Source: Camelus dromedarius (taxonomy: Eukaryota). Taken from it: DNA of 64,000 bases. The notes below the pieces were generated by a model. It did no database searches. It was given only the letters and a program-made list of their open reading frames with translations, and was not told the origin of the DNA. The stretch lies in contig NC_087437.1 in assembly GCF_036321535.1 (NCBI RefSeq), forward strand, positions 77,006,001 through 77,070,000, given 5' to 3'. The position numbers and the translations under genes are program-made. Of this stretch, positions 1 through 12,930 are shown in pieces. Each line of letters begins with the position of its first letter. The stretch's first letter is position 1.

Positions 1-49
1 GCCCACAGTGTTTTTAGCAAAGGGAAATTTTATTAAGTTTATGCTTATT

Positions 50-560
50 TTTATTGTGCTTTTTCCACTTAATTATCTACCTTGGAGATACATCAGTGTA
101 TGCATATATCATAATTCATTTAACCACTCTTCAAATAATGGAGATTTCCTTTTATTCCCAAAGTTATTAATATAGCAATGTTAAAATAAATATACTTGTG
201 TGTATGTATGTATGTACATGTATATATTTATATGTGTATATATACATGTATATGTATGCACAGTGTATATATTTTTAGGTCACCTTTTACCATTATATAC
301 ACATAAAATAAATCATTGGAGTGAAAATGCTAAGTCAAATGATATATCCATTTTACATTTTAATGGCTATAACTAAACTGCCCTACAAAAATATTATAAT
401 TTATACTACCACATACAATGCATACAAATACTTATTTCCTCCATAGTCTTGTTATTATCAAACTGAAAAATTGCCAGTCAAGAAAGTAAAACTAGTATCT
501 TCTATTAATTTCAACTTGCATTTGCTTACTTTTAGTGACCTGATCTTACACATTCACAAG
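50..560 (-). mobile_element. Old L1 (L1ME-like) fragment with internal (TA/TG)n
   Basis: Degraded antisense L1 motifs (aaatgctaagtcaaatgatatatccatttt; aactgccctacaaaa; tttatactaccacatacaatgcat); TA/TG low-complexity tract at ~197-262. Confidence 0.65.
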
Positions 561-784
561 GAAATATGAATGCTGTGCCTTATCATATATCTCACATAAC
601 CAAAAACATTTGTCTCCCACATTTTAAATTCTGATTTGATATTACTAGAACTTAGATGAGAAAGTAAATGCTCTGTCTCTTTTTGGAAACTACAGCAAAA
701 AAAAATTTACTTTTCTAGGCCATTCTAGTGGAATTTTGTGCAGTTGTGTAAAAAAAAAACAGTAATAAAGAACAAAAATAACAT

Positions 785-962
785 AAAACTGAGAATCCAG
801 AGTTTGCATCCCCTGTACCAGCTATGTAGCCTTAGGCAAGTCACTAAATTTTCCTTATTTGTAAATAAGGTGAGAATGAACTTAGAGTGTTGTTATGAGT
901 ACCCGATTAAATACTGGGTGAGAAAGGAATTTTATGCTGTAGTGCTCTTCATAAATATTGGA
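785..962 (+). mobile_element. MIR SINE
   Basis: MIR core: agctatgtagccttaggcaagtcactaaattttccttatttgtaaataagg. Confidence 0.75.
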
Positions 963-2549
963 CTTTAATACAAGGAAATAAATTATTAAATGGGAACTTA
1001 GTACTTTACAAGAAATACAGTTGGCGGGGTGGGGTGTCTACCCCTGGTGATGGTGGTCAGACTAGCTCTTGACTCTTTAATCTCGAGGGGTACCCAGTCT
1101 GATAGAGCTGGTGCACCAGTAGTTCTCCCCTTGCTCTTTCGTGATCCTGCATGTGGAAAATTACAGAATGGACTTGTCTGAAACGCTGAAAGGTTAAAAC
1201 TGCCCCCAGGAGCCTGGAATGGTAACATCCACATGCAAAGAGAGTGTTCATTTATTTTATATAACACCCTATCCTTTTTCGGGTTTTCCTTTTAGAAGCA
1301 GTTCTTTTTACTCATTGAAAAAAAAAAAATTCTCTAGTCACATCATCAAGTCTACATACACCCAAACTTGTATTTCTTAAACCTGACACTTAGTGACTTT
1401 GTCCTAACTCTTACTACTTATTCCTTACATTTTTATAGTTTAAAGTCAAAAAACAAAGTTGAGAACATATTCATTGATTTGAATTTTCTGAATATTATTA
1501 TTACCATTGAATTTTGGGAGCCTAGACAGCTACTGGTCTCTTCTGTAGTCAGTTATTACTCAGCGATTCTGTTAGTTTAGTTTTGCACCAAGTTTAGCTG
1601 CTGAAGGGACATCTAGCACTGATGCATTTAGCCTCAGATAATAAACCTAGCTTCAAACCTTATAACCCCAGCTGAAGCGATTGCATTTCTGCAATTACAT
1701 TAGGCTTCCCTGAAGCAGGTTAATTGAACTGCGGTGTACTGTTTTGTCAAGATTTATCCCCTTGTATAAATCGACTTGTGTCAGCTCTGTAGCACACTGT
1801 TCTGAAAGAAAACAACCTGCTCCTAGGAAAACCCTAAACAAGGCTCGTAATTAAATAGAATGTGGAGACAGATTCATCCCAGCAGTGGTTTGAGGGGAAA
1901 AGCGTCATCCTGTGGTTAGAAAGTTCCCAAGCTGAATTACTGAGTTGTGGTTTTTGTGTGGGAGATCTGTTGTTAGGTAGAGACAAAGGTCATTAAGAAA
2001 TCTTTGTTTCATCTCGTGGAGAACAATGAGTTGGAGAGGAGTGAACGCTATAATTGTATTAAATGCTTTGTATTTGGAGGCTCAAAATCTAGGCTGGTCT
2101 TGTTTGTGATGATGATAGATATTTTGTTATCTGTTATTATTTGCCCAGTTCTAAGAACAAATTTATATGTATATGTATATGAGAGTTTATTATATAATTT
2201 GTTGTTTATAATTATACATAATTATAAAATTGTATGGTTTGTATAAATTCAGCAGCTGTAACTAGAGTTTGTCTTAAGCAGTGGTTTAAAATAATATCTT
2301 AAAAATTATTTGGGGATAAAATAGACTAGTAGGCTAGTTTGATAGAGGGCAAACTTAAAAAAAAAAGCTGATCGACAAATTAAACAGTATTTTCTGGATA
2401 GAAGCTATAAAATGGAGGGTAGAAGAGTGTGAACAGAACTGCAGGAGCCCAGGGCCTGGGGAATCAGGTGGGGATTAAGAAATTCACACAATAAAAGTTA
2501 GCTACTGTTTTATGACCACAAAGGACTTCATGATCTGGTTACTGTCATC

Positions 2550-2935
2550 ACAGAGAATGGTATACAGAGCTCATTGTGATTTAGACTTCAGAGGAGAGAG
2601 GTCGTTTGGAATTGGAGGTGATTGGAAAGACTGTGGAGAAATCTGAGCTGGATGTATGGAGAAATTAAGTGGGACTTGACTACGTAGAAAGGTGAGTTAA
2701 ATTAGTCATGGAAGCCAGGAACAACAAAATTGGCGTAAGAGACGGTAGGACAGGAGCACTGAGATGTGAAACTACATGATGTTAGAATTTGACGGTGGGG
2801 GCCTGGCTTATAGGTCATTGTAGTTTGGGCTTGATCCTACCGACCATATGAGTCCTCCAAGACTTGTTAGTAGGGGTCTGAAGTGATCAAAGGCATGTTT
2901 ATAGTCATTAATGTGGTAGTATTTTATAAAATGGA
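2550..2935 (-). mobile_element. L2 LINE fragment
   Basis: Purine-rich degraded antisense L2 (tttgggcttgatcct...taggggtctgaagtgatcaaaggcatgttt). Confidence 0.55.
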
Positions 2936-2939
2936 ACAG

Positions 2940-3452
2940 GAATTATTCACGGCTTTCTCAAAAGATCCGAAGGTTGAGCCTTCTAAAAAGTAGATATTTT
3001 GTCACAATAATGTTCCAAATTCAGTATTTTTTTAATTGAAGTACAGTCAGTTACAATGTGTCAATTTCTGGTGTACAGCACAATGTACCAGTCATGCATA
3101 TAGATACACATATTCATTTTCATATTCTTTTTCATTAAAGGTTATTGCAAGATATTGAACATAGTTCCCTGTGCTATACAGAAGAAACTTTTTAAAATCT
3201 ATTTTTATATATGGTGGCTAACATTTGTAAATCTCAAACTCCCAAATTTATCCCTTCCTACCCCCTTTCCCTGGTAACCATAAGATTGCTTACTATGTCT
3301 GCAAGTCTGTTTCTGTTTTGTAAATGAGTTCATAGTGTCCTTTTTTTTCCCTTCAAATTCAGTATTTTGAATTGTTCATTTTCAAAAAATCTGAAGCGCA
3401 CGCCTTCTAAAGGGTGGATATATTGTCACAATACTATTCCAAATTCAGTATT
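2940..3452. repeat. Diverged ~85-90 bp tandem duplication (2940-3030 and 3369-3452) split by the L1
   Basis: Both units read gaatt.ttca...gccttctaaa..gt.gata..ttgtcacaata....tccaaattcagtattt. Confidence 0.85.
3031..3353 (-). mobile_element. Young 5'-truncated L1 3' end (camelid/cetartiodactyl type) with 15-bp TSD
   Basis: Begins tttaattgaagtacagtcagttacaatgtgtcaatttctggtgtacagc; contains gatattgaacatagttccctgtgctatacag; TSD caaattcagtatttt at 3016-3030 and 3354-3368. Confidence 0.92.
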
Positions 3453-4269
3453 TGCAATGAGAGTTCAACTCTGCCTCTTTTAACCTTCTTAATTGTGCTA
3501 GACTATGTAAACCAAGGCCTGAATAGTTTTATACTGAAGGAAAGTACAGGTAAAGTGAGGGTTTTCTTTATTATTTTATCCACATTTCAGCACTTAAGGG
3601 ATTAAGGAGAAAATACCTTTGTGTATAATTATTCAGTACCATGGCTAATTTATGTGTCTTTGCAGTTGCATTCAAAACTATCATCAGTAGTGAAGTATTT
3701 GATACATCATCTCTACAGACAGTTTTATCAACTTCCAATACAAACGCATTTCCCTGGTTTCCCACCTATAAACGAATCGCAAACTACATAAAGTCATTGT
3801 AGCAATCTGTTGTCAGCTACGTGTAGTCTTGGCTTTAGAAAGGAACTCTATCTGCCACGTAAACTTGCTAAGACTTCGCTTTATTATTCAACAGGTATAC
3901 ATACCATTTTTAAGAGAAAGAGCACAGCCTGTGTGAGATTGTAAGTTGTGATGGGATCAAGGAATACAATTTAAGTATTGAATCTTTTGATGATGTTGGA
4001 AAACTTGCCTTTGGGAAGGACAGTCAAGGGGGGCAGTGGAGTTCCCAAGAGGCAGTTTTGGGATTCTTAGAAAAAAGGGTTTTTCCTACAGAAGATTCAA
4101 CCTTTTCAAAATTCAATTTTTTCTTGATGATTCTTCAACTACTGTTGGTTTTTCTGACCTTCTTAATAAATAATGTTTAGAACATCTTACCTGGGAAGTC
4201 TTCATTTACCTTTCCAGAGACAGAGTGAGTTCATTTTCCTTAAAGATTTTATAACCCTGTTGGGGGCTC

Positions 4270-4445
4270 TCACACTTTGTAATTAATTGGTTATTATGCT
4301 CTCTCCACCACTAGTCTGGGAGACCCTGAGGAGAGGGGGCAGATCTGTCTCCTACCAAACGGCTGTATCTCCAGCACCTAACAGAGTGCAAGACAAACAG
4401 TCAGCACTTACTGTACATCAGTTAAGTGAATGGATAAATCAATCA
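4270..4445 (+). mobile_element. L2 3' end
   Basis: ctgtatctccagcacctaacagagtgc...gttaagtgaatggataaatcaat, typical L2 terminus. Confidence 0.8.
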
Positions 4446-4609
4446 CTAAGTTCATGGTGAGAGGTTGAGTACTTCTCATTTGTAAGGCATCGTGTCAAAT
4501 TCATGGAGAAATATGTAATTAGTATTTTTGATATCTGCCTGTAAGGAGTTTAAACTTTAGTTTGGCAGCTAAAACTTTGATATAAAATTAATTGATCATT
4601 TTTGGTCGT

Positions 4610-5615
4610 TTATGCTCTCTGCTTCCCTTTGCTCTCATTGATCACCTGACTTTAGTCTGTATTTGCCTCCATCACTATGTCTTCTAAGTCACCTCCTATT
4701 TGTCAAATCCAGGATTTAAATTTTCTTAATCTTCTTGGTCTCTATCTAGAGATCAAGAGCACTAGAGAATCCAACCTTCCTTTGAAATTCTCTTTTCCTA
4801 TTTGGCCCCAAGACACTGAAGTGGATTCTGATGTCTCTCTCTCTCCACCACTATGCTGGTCATACAGCCTCATTGTCACAGTTGTTCAGCATCCCCACCC
4901 AATGCATCACGTGCTTCCTCTTCTCTTCTTTTTCTACACTGTCTCCTAGGCTGATACCTCTGTTCACGATTTAACATGTGTACATAAAACCTACTTTTGT
5001 CACTAAGTTATCATCACTTGAATACCACACTATCCTCTCAAATTCCTTGTTTTTAAGACTAAAAATCATGTTTCCCCTTAAGCCCTTTTTCTCTTCTAAT
5101 TTTCCTTCTCTGTCATGGTATCAGCAGTCTCCTTGTCACCCAGCCTTGGTACACATCATTTTCTCCTCTTCCTCACTTTTTCTCTTCAACCTTTTCCTGT
5201 TACAGAAAAGACACATAAATTCCTTTTCATTGTCACAGTAACTACCAAGGCACTGGTTTTCCCTGCATCCAAGTTTTGCCTGCCGAGTCACGTTCTACAC
5301 TATGTTGAACTGAGCCTCGTAAACTATCTGAATTACCTCAACCTCAGAATCCTTCCATGAGGTTTATTGCTTGTAGTCTGCCTTGCTTAGCCTGGAGTTC
5401 AAGGCCCTGTACAATATGACTGACAGAGCTCTCCAGCTACTTCACCCCTTCACAAACCCAGTGATTTAACAGCAGTGCACTCGTCAACACGCCTGATTTG
5501 GTGCATTTGCTTGCACTCTTCCCTCTTCTAGATTGAGCTGAAACTCAATAATTACCTGAACTCTACCTTTGTACTAAAGTCCAGCTAAAGTCTAAGGGTT
5601 TCCCTAGAGCTTCCT
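4610..5615 (+). mobile_element. L2 LINE fragment
   Basis: Pyrimidine-rich L2 body (cttttctacactgtctcctagg; gcttagcctggagttcaaggccctgtacaatatgac). Confidence 0.7.
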
Positions 5616-5619
5616 GCAG

Positions 5620-6116
5620 AGTAGTGTTTTCCAAAGTGTGGGGGATATAATTTTAAGTTGTGCAATTAAAAAAGGCATTAAAAACATGAATAGTTAAAAA
5701 AGTTATCCCCTTTTCTATTTCCTTTCACTCTTTCTAATTTTTTCGAGGAGGGAACCTTAGTTTGGTTCTAACTTTTTTAACGTCACTTTAACATTTGATA
5801 ATTTTTCTTTTAATCAGTGAGAAAGCAGGGAGATAGCTCAGTGCACTGGGCAGTCACCATTATCTAGTTAGAAATAAATAACGTTATTTTGTATACATTT
5901 GTTTGTTACTTCTCATTTATGGTAAAGATACTGCTTTTTCTTTAGGGTGATAATATTATGCTTCCATTTAAATCATGTTTTACTTGAATATTCAGAAAAA
6001 TGTCAGGTAAATAATAATATGTGAAATAATTATTAAGAAATTCAAGAAGGTGAAGCACCGGGGTACATAGAAATCATAAAAGCCGCGCGTGAATGACTGC
6101 AATCTAGGGAACCCTC
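5620..6116. mobile_element. hAT-Charlie-like non-autonomous DNA transposon
   Basis: Degenerate terminal inverted repeats tagtgttttccaaa ... ctagggaaccctc around an AT-rich body. Confidence 0.5.
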
Positions 6117-6189
6117 AATTACCGTTTTAGCCTACAGTTTTTGTTTTTTTTTTCTTTTTAAACTGAAAGTTCAGGCACTCGTCTAAGAG

Positions 6190-6350
6190 GTTTTTCCATA
6201 TTAACTAATGAACCCTATGTAAGACACTGTTGTTTTCCCTATTGTATAGACGAGGACATGGAAGATGTAATTTCCCCAGCTCCTCTCAGGTGACAAAGCT
6301 GTGGAGACAGTTCTGAACCAGGTCTTTGGCCAGAGCCTGCGCTGTTCACC
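6190..6350 (-). mobile_element. MIR SINE
   Basis: aaccctatgtaag...ccctattgtatagacgaggacatgg...tgaaccaggtct, antisense MIR. Confidence 0.6.
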
Positions 6351-7158
6351 ACAGTGCGAGTCTGCGTCAGGACAAGCACACCAATCTTTGATTTCACAAT
6401 GACAAGTAAGATTTTTTGTGTCCCCAGTCGTTCATCTGTCTCTTTCCCCCAGAGGGAAAAATTTTACTCAGACATGAAGTCAAAGTCTGTAGAAACCTCC
6501 TATGAGTAATCGTATTTAGAGCTGATTTCCATCTCTACAGACAACTTGAAAAATGCTTCCTTCCAACAGTTAAGTTCTTAAAACTCAGGGAGTGCTCAGT
6601 TAACTGCAGGTTCAATAACAAATAGGAAAACGCCAGTCTCTGCATGAATAACTTTTATAGTTTGTTCATTAGGAAGTCCAGGAGCATGATGACCAAGCAC
6701 AATTTGCATCTGCTTCCTCAGCAGACTGCCCGGGAGATGAACAGCCCATGGCCGTTCGAGTGAAATATTTAGTAACTAAACAGGGAGTAGTATGAAAGCG
6801 AATTAGATACAATGGAAATGCCTCTCGGGAAATGTTATGCTTGGGCTTCATATTAGAATGTGTTACCCTTACATTTGCTTTCAAGTTCTCTGAAAAACTG
6901 AGGGGGCACTTTTCTGAGGAACTGCAGGATCCTAATTTTATAATTGCTATAAATCGTAATTTGATAAAATGATTCTATAATAACCAGATATATTCCCAGC
7001 ATCTATATATTTAAAATAGAGGTTTCAGAGACAACTAAGAAATATTTAAGATAGAGATTTGCTCGTAAACACTCAATATTTGTTTTTTAAACACTTGTAA
7101 TATAATCAAAGTTGCTGTATTTCTTTCATAATTCTATCTACTAATTAATGGTCTAACC

Positions 7159-7354
7159 CAGGGGTGGGCAAATCATGATCTGCAGGTTAAATCTGGATAT
7201 GGCCTCTTTTTATGTGGCTCAGAAGCTATAAATGATTTTCATTTTTAGGGGTATAAAAAGAAAAAAAAAGAAGTATGCAACAATGACTATATATAGCCTG
7301 TAAAGCCTAAAATATTTACCGTACAGCCTACATAGAAAAGTTTGCCAACCACTA
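7159..7354 (+). mobile_element. MER58C-like hAT MITE
   Basis: caggggtgggcaaa ... aaagcctaaaatatttacc...agaaaagtttgccaaccact. Confidence 0.8.
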
Positions 7355-7732
7355 ATCTATCTTCTGTATTCTTCTATAACAGGCTTCCAGTTTTTATTTT
7401 GCTATGAAATTCTTAAATATCTCTGATTAAATTCTAGTTTCTGGTAGTACTTTGTCTTCCAGTTTATAATATGTGATTCTGTTGTAAAATAAAGCCGATC
7501 AGTTAAAGTCATTTCATATTTTATGTAGACTAGTGTTTGTTATGCTGAAAACCTACACACTTTAGGAAATGCACTTGAGGAGCCATCTCCAGGGACTTCT
7601 GTCTAGGCCAGAGTATCAACACTGAGCCTGGTACTGTCTCAGATGAGACTGGTGTGGTGGGGTGGTGGTCATTGGGGTATAGCCTATTTTGCCTGTGGGA
7701 GGGATGTAAGTCATTGCAGCCAGAGAGAAGAC

Positions 7733-8251
7733 TGTTATCTAGAATCCGAAAATGGCCTGCATACAAACCATGCCTCCTGGTATTTACCTGTATAGTCCCC
7801 TTCCACAGTAAATTTGAGTTTGCGTTTGGTAACTAATAGAATGCAGCACAAGTGACACCACATTATTGCCAAGCCAAGTCCAGAGAAGTCTTGTATTTTC
7901 TGGCTTGTTCTCTTGGAATGCTTGCTCTTGGAATGCTTTCTCTCAAAATCCAAAAAGTTAGGTAAAAATCTCAAGTCGCATGAAAAAGACACATGGAGAC
8001 CTTCAGCCCCAGCTGAGCTCCTACACAGCAGTCGGCATCAATTATCAGTCATTTGAGTGAGCTGTGCAGAATATCTAGCCTCAGACCATCAGATGATTCC
8101 AGTACCAGTTGCCATTTGTTTGCAATCATTGGAGAGATTCCCAGGCAACAAACCCCAGATGACCTTCTCTTGCCATGAGGTATAATAATAAATTATTTGA
8201 AAGCATTAAGTTTTGAGGTGATGTGTCATGCAGCAACAGATAACTGGAACA
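7733..8251 (+). mobile_element. MaLR LTR (MLT1G/H-like)
   Basis: ccttcagccccagctgagctcc; ends taagttttgaggtgatgtgtcatgcagcaacagataactggaaca. Confidence 0.8.
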
Positions 8252-8777
8252 ACATGTTCTTGTCATTCTTTGGTTTTTGTTCTTACTTACAGCCTTAACT
8301 TGGAATTCCCTGTGACAGCTCTGGAATCAGCCATTTCTCCAAGACACCCTAATTTTATTAGTGGAAGATAATATTTAGAAACTAAAATATGGGTGTTTGA
8401 TGATCTCCTTGCTATAATAGTTCTCTACTCTGAGGTCCTTTTGTGCGCAAGTGCTGAAATATTCAATGTAAGTTACTTATTTATTTATATTATCTAACCA
8501 TGAGTTCACACTAAAAAACCTCAATTCTAAAATGACCACACCGAGATTATTGTAACCATTCCCTTTACCATATGTGTAACTCTTATTGCTGACAACACAT
8601 CAATGTCTCATACTGCAGACTAACTTCATAGTAAAGGAGCTCTTTCCTCCCTCAGTGTGTATGCCCTTCTTACTCTACTCAAGTTTTAACTTCATACCCA
8701 GCAAGGACACTAAGGCTACACCCAGCTGCTACATGGGCTTCCATTTTATTGCCCATCTAATGACTTTTGGACAGAAT

Positions 8778-8852
8778 GAAGAAAGAAGGAAGGAAAGAAG
8801 GAAGGAAGGGAGGAAGGAAGGAAAGGAGGGAGGAAGGAAGGAAGGGAAGAAA
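8778..8852. repeat. (GGAA)n-type pure purine tract
   Basis: 75 consecutive purines, gaaggaaggaaggg... Confidence 0.95.
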
Positions 8853-10399
8853 TTAAGAGGATATTTTTAATAGTGATTTGGAGGAGAAAATCTAACATAT
8901 ATTAATTTATATTGAGATTGGGGTATGAATAGAGCAGTGTACAACTGGCCAAGAGGATATTACAAAAATCAGGCAGTGGTGATATGAGAAAATGGAGAAA
9001 AGTCATTTTGAAAAGAAATTTGATTAAGCCTGAGAACTGAACAGGTCCAGGAATTGGTACAGAAAAATAAGTAAAGGATGATTTCAAAACTCAAGCCTTT
9101 TTTTATTGGGATATGAAAGGTAGGGCAAAAAAGAGATGTTCATGTTAGCGTTCTTGGGACTGAATAACCAATAAGCATATTGCTGCATAACTCTGCAATT
9201 GTAGATTTGTGATGAAATATGAAAAATTAAGTCAGATTTTCATGTTACTGTCAACAAGAAGAATCAATAGAATAACATATAATTTAACAATACATTGCAG
9301 ACTCAGATACAGTAACTATGTTCAACCATTAAATATAACACTGTGGCTTAGTGTTTTACATGTAAAACAGACTCAGAAGAAAATGAATTCAGTATTGGCC
9401 ACATCATAGTTTCATCTTGTGAAAAAAGCAAAACATTTCTCAGATGGTATTTTTAGCTTGCAAACGGATTGCACTATTTTGCTAAAGCATACTTAAATCT
9501 GTGTTATGAAGCTCTAATAGGTTATGCCGTAGTAAATTTTTATCCTTTAAAATAGAAACAATTACTGCTCTCAATCTTATCCATCAACATCTTCCACATA
9601 TCGTATGTCTCAATTTTTAAGAAGCCAGTTATTTATCTATTATTCAGAATATGATTTTCAGTATCCACTATTCTCACTAACTGTGGACAAATAGTTTTTT
9701 TCATATCCAGATTTTATTAGGTAAATATTTTCTTCATGGAGAAAAAAATCTGTCTTTTAATCTGCTGTGTAATTTATTGACATTGTTAGACTATTTTTTA
9801 AAAATATAAAGCAAAACTAAACAAATCAAAATAGACAATCAGCAGGCTGGATGCTCAAAAGTTATCTGAATTCTTCAAAGGCAACTAGTTGCATAATTCT
9901 TTTAAAACAATACTAGTATTATTAAAGATATATTGTTTATAATAAGAAGTAATTAAGTTGTAATACATCAAGGATGTTTGTTGAAATATTTAGGGAGCCC
10001 AGGAAAAGAATGCATAATTAGCTACTTAATAGACAGAAAAATTTAAAAAGTGAAATTTTTGATAATAATAATATGTGATCAGTCTAAAAGATGAACAAGA
10101 AGAGGGAAAACAGACCATAAAATATAATAGGTCAAATAGAAAATAAATATTATGTCACATTTAGATGGTGGTGAGACAAATGGCTGATTAGTCAGGGAAA
10201 TGTAAATGTATATAGAGTATATACTCACAAATGCGTAACTGAAATAGAAGGGAATTCTATAAAAATTATAACTTTCAATGAAGAAATGAACTCATGAGAT
10301 ATGAAGATATTATAAGTGAATGTTAATATAACCTAAGAGACAGGGAAAACTTTTCTCTGTTTTAAGATTACTGATGGAATCTCTAATGAGAAAGAATTG

Positions 10400-10900
10400 T
10401 CCACGTGTTTAAAACATCTTTAAACCAAACTGAAGTATATAAACAAATCAACAAACATAAAAAAATAGAAAAAGTTTTAATATATTCCACAAGATTATAT
10501 TTCTTGATACAAATAATGTCCTCAAACAACAATAAAAAGCGTCCAAGTACTCCAATAGAAAAATGGGAAAGGATGTGAACAGGCAGTTCAAATGAATAAT
10601 AGTAGACATTTATAAAATATGTTACCTCAATAGAAATCAAAGACATATTTATTTAAGACTCATTTTAAAATTATTATATTGGAAAATGTTAATGAATAAT
10701 GTGTGGGACAGGAGATATTTTCATATGCAACTATAAAATTGTAATTTTGTATAACTGTAGAGGGCATGATGGAAACAAAAGTTAAATGCGTTTCTTTCTA
10801 CTTCAGAATTCCATTTTTAGGAATATTCCCTCCTAGGCAAGTAAGTGGATAAGTGCAAAAAATATAATTATGTAACAATATAACTTTAACAATTTTGTAA
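10400..10900 (+). mobile_element. Old L1 (L1ME-like) ORF2/3' fragment
   Basis: ccaatagaaaaatgggaaaggatgtgaacaggcagttca; cagaattccatttttaggaatatt. Confidence 0.7.
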
Positions 10901-11574
10901 GTAATAAGAAAAAAGATACTTATAATAAAAATTTCTTCTTAGCTTTATTTCACCTCATTCAATCATAGGTCCTTTAAGAACATGTGAATGGAAAGTCTTT
11001 TTACATATAATTTTGATAATGGAAATTCCTTAGGGTTAAAAAATCTCCTCAGATTATTTTTATCCCAATTTTTAAGTACTCTTGTAGCCTCCTACATTCC
11101 CATGTGTGCCTGTTTTCAATATACATCTATAGGTATGAACCCTGGATTGTGAAAAGCCCCAGATATGATTTCAAGTATATAAAATTCATTAAATTGTGCT
11201 GATTCTTTATTGAATTGTTCCTTTTGGCCTGAATGTCTGAGATTGATTTCAAGTAAATGCAGCAACAAATCAAGTGTTTTTCCCTGGGAGGAGATGGATG
11301 TTTTGCTGCTTGTCAATCTGACTAAGTTCCATTGCCATTTCTTTCTCTTTGTGTGGAGTTTTGATTCTGTTTATTTGTTTTAGACATTTTATGTCTATCT
11401 TTCATATTTCTTGTACCCTGAGTATTCTAGAATAAAATCAATACTGAAGATGAGCTCTGAATTTGGGAATGCCAGTCTCCCCACAGTCACTAGGGCAGCG
11501 TGCACGATTATCAGCACCATCATATGTCAAAATCCTATCAGGTAGTCTGAACTCTGCTGTAAAGGATGTCTGAG

Positions 11575-11930
11575 GTGGCTGGTAATAGGACGTTGGATAA
11601 GTCACTGAACGTTCTCCCTGGTCTTCACTGTCTTATTGTAAGATGATTAATTTGATTGCAATAGATGGCTTTTGTAAATCCCTTTTAGTTCAAAATCAGT
11701 GCAGTGGTTAACACACAGACTGGATCAGACAGATTTTATTGGTGTCCAAGTTCCAATACTTAATGGCTATATAACCTTGGGAAAGTTACTTAACTTCAAT
11801 CACTTTATCTCTAAGGTGAGGATAATTGAAGAAAAAAAAAAAGACACTAACTTACAGGTAAATTTGACTAAGAATGTAATTAAAATATGTAGCCCAGTGC
11901 CTGATGCCTGAATGAAGTGCTTAGTGCTAA
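11575..11930 (+). mobile_element. Two adjacent MIR fragments
   Basis: gttggataagtcactgaac (~11592) and ggctatataaccttgggaaagttacttaac...cagtgcctg (~11765-11910). Confidence 0.7.
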
Positions 11931-11994
11931 TCTTTCATTTTCCAGCACCTGCACCCTTTAAAAAAAATCTATCTACCTTTCTATTCATTCTATT

Positions 11995-12340
11995 TGTTTA
12001 AAAAAATGAAATATAATTGGTTTACAATAACATATTTGCTTCAGGTGTACAACATAGTGATTCAGTATTTTTGCAGATTTTACTCCATTAAAAGTTATTA
12101 TAAGGTAATGGTTATAATTTCCCATGCTATACAATATATTCTTGTTGCTTTACTATTTTATAGTAGTTCGTACTTCTTAATCCCACACCTCTCTCTTGCC
12201 CCTCCCTCTTCCCTCTTCCCTCTCCCCAATGGTAACCACTAGTTTGTTTTCTATATCGGAGTCTGTTTCTGTTTTGCTATATACATTTGTTTGTTTTGTT
12301 TTTTAGATTCTACATATTAGTGGTATGCAGTGGTTTTTTT
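11995..12340 (-). mobile_element. L1 3' end, intermediate age (L1MA9/cetartiodactyl-like)
   Basis: caggtgtacaacatagtgattcagtatttttgcag...ggtaaccactagtttgttttctat...ttttagattctacat. Confidence 0.88.
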
Positions 12341-12821
12341 CTATATTTGAGACATGTCCTACTTTGTTATTCTTAGAACTGTTCCCACCACAGAAGGCAG
12401 CTACTAGTTTTTCTAGTCTCCTTTGCAGCTACGCGCAGACACGTGTACTATATGTTGCTAACCACATCCCTAAATCTAGTGGCTTGTAAAATAAAGGTCT
12501 ATGTTGAATTTATTAGGCAAGGATTATGGTAAAGGTAGAAGCTACACTTAATTTCCAGTGGCAATTAAAGAGCTTCACTGTGACTTTCTGCAGTATTCCT
12601 GAATGTTTTATCTTCAGGAATTTTTTGATTGTTCTACAGATTATTTTATATTTTATTAAATAACCCTCTTTTCCACTTAAATTAACCAGCTTTTTTTCTA
12701 TTGCTTACAACTAAGAACTTTCATTAAAACATTAGCACATAGTACTTAGTTTTCAAATGGTGGTGGTGGCAGTTAATAATAGTTATAGTAGAAATTGTCA
12801 TATTATATTAAAATATGCACG

Positions 12822-12930
12822 ACTAAATGTTGATAATTGCTGAAGCTAGAAGATGAGTGTACAGAACTTTATTACACTATTCTCTCTTCTCTTATGTATG
12901 TTTCAAATTTCCTGTGATAATTAAAAAAAG
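12822..12930 (+). mobile_element. Old L1M 3' terminus
   Basis: aaatgttgataattgctgaagctagaagatgagtgtacag...ttacactattctctct. Confidence 0.7.

Noticed and set aside
8586..8870. ORFs with K/E/R/G-rich stretches (also 53274-53462)
   Set aside because: Translations of purine simple repeats
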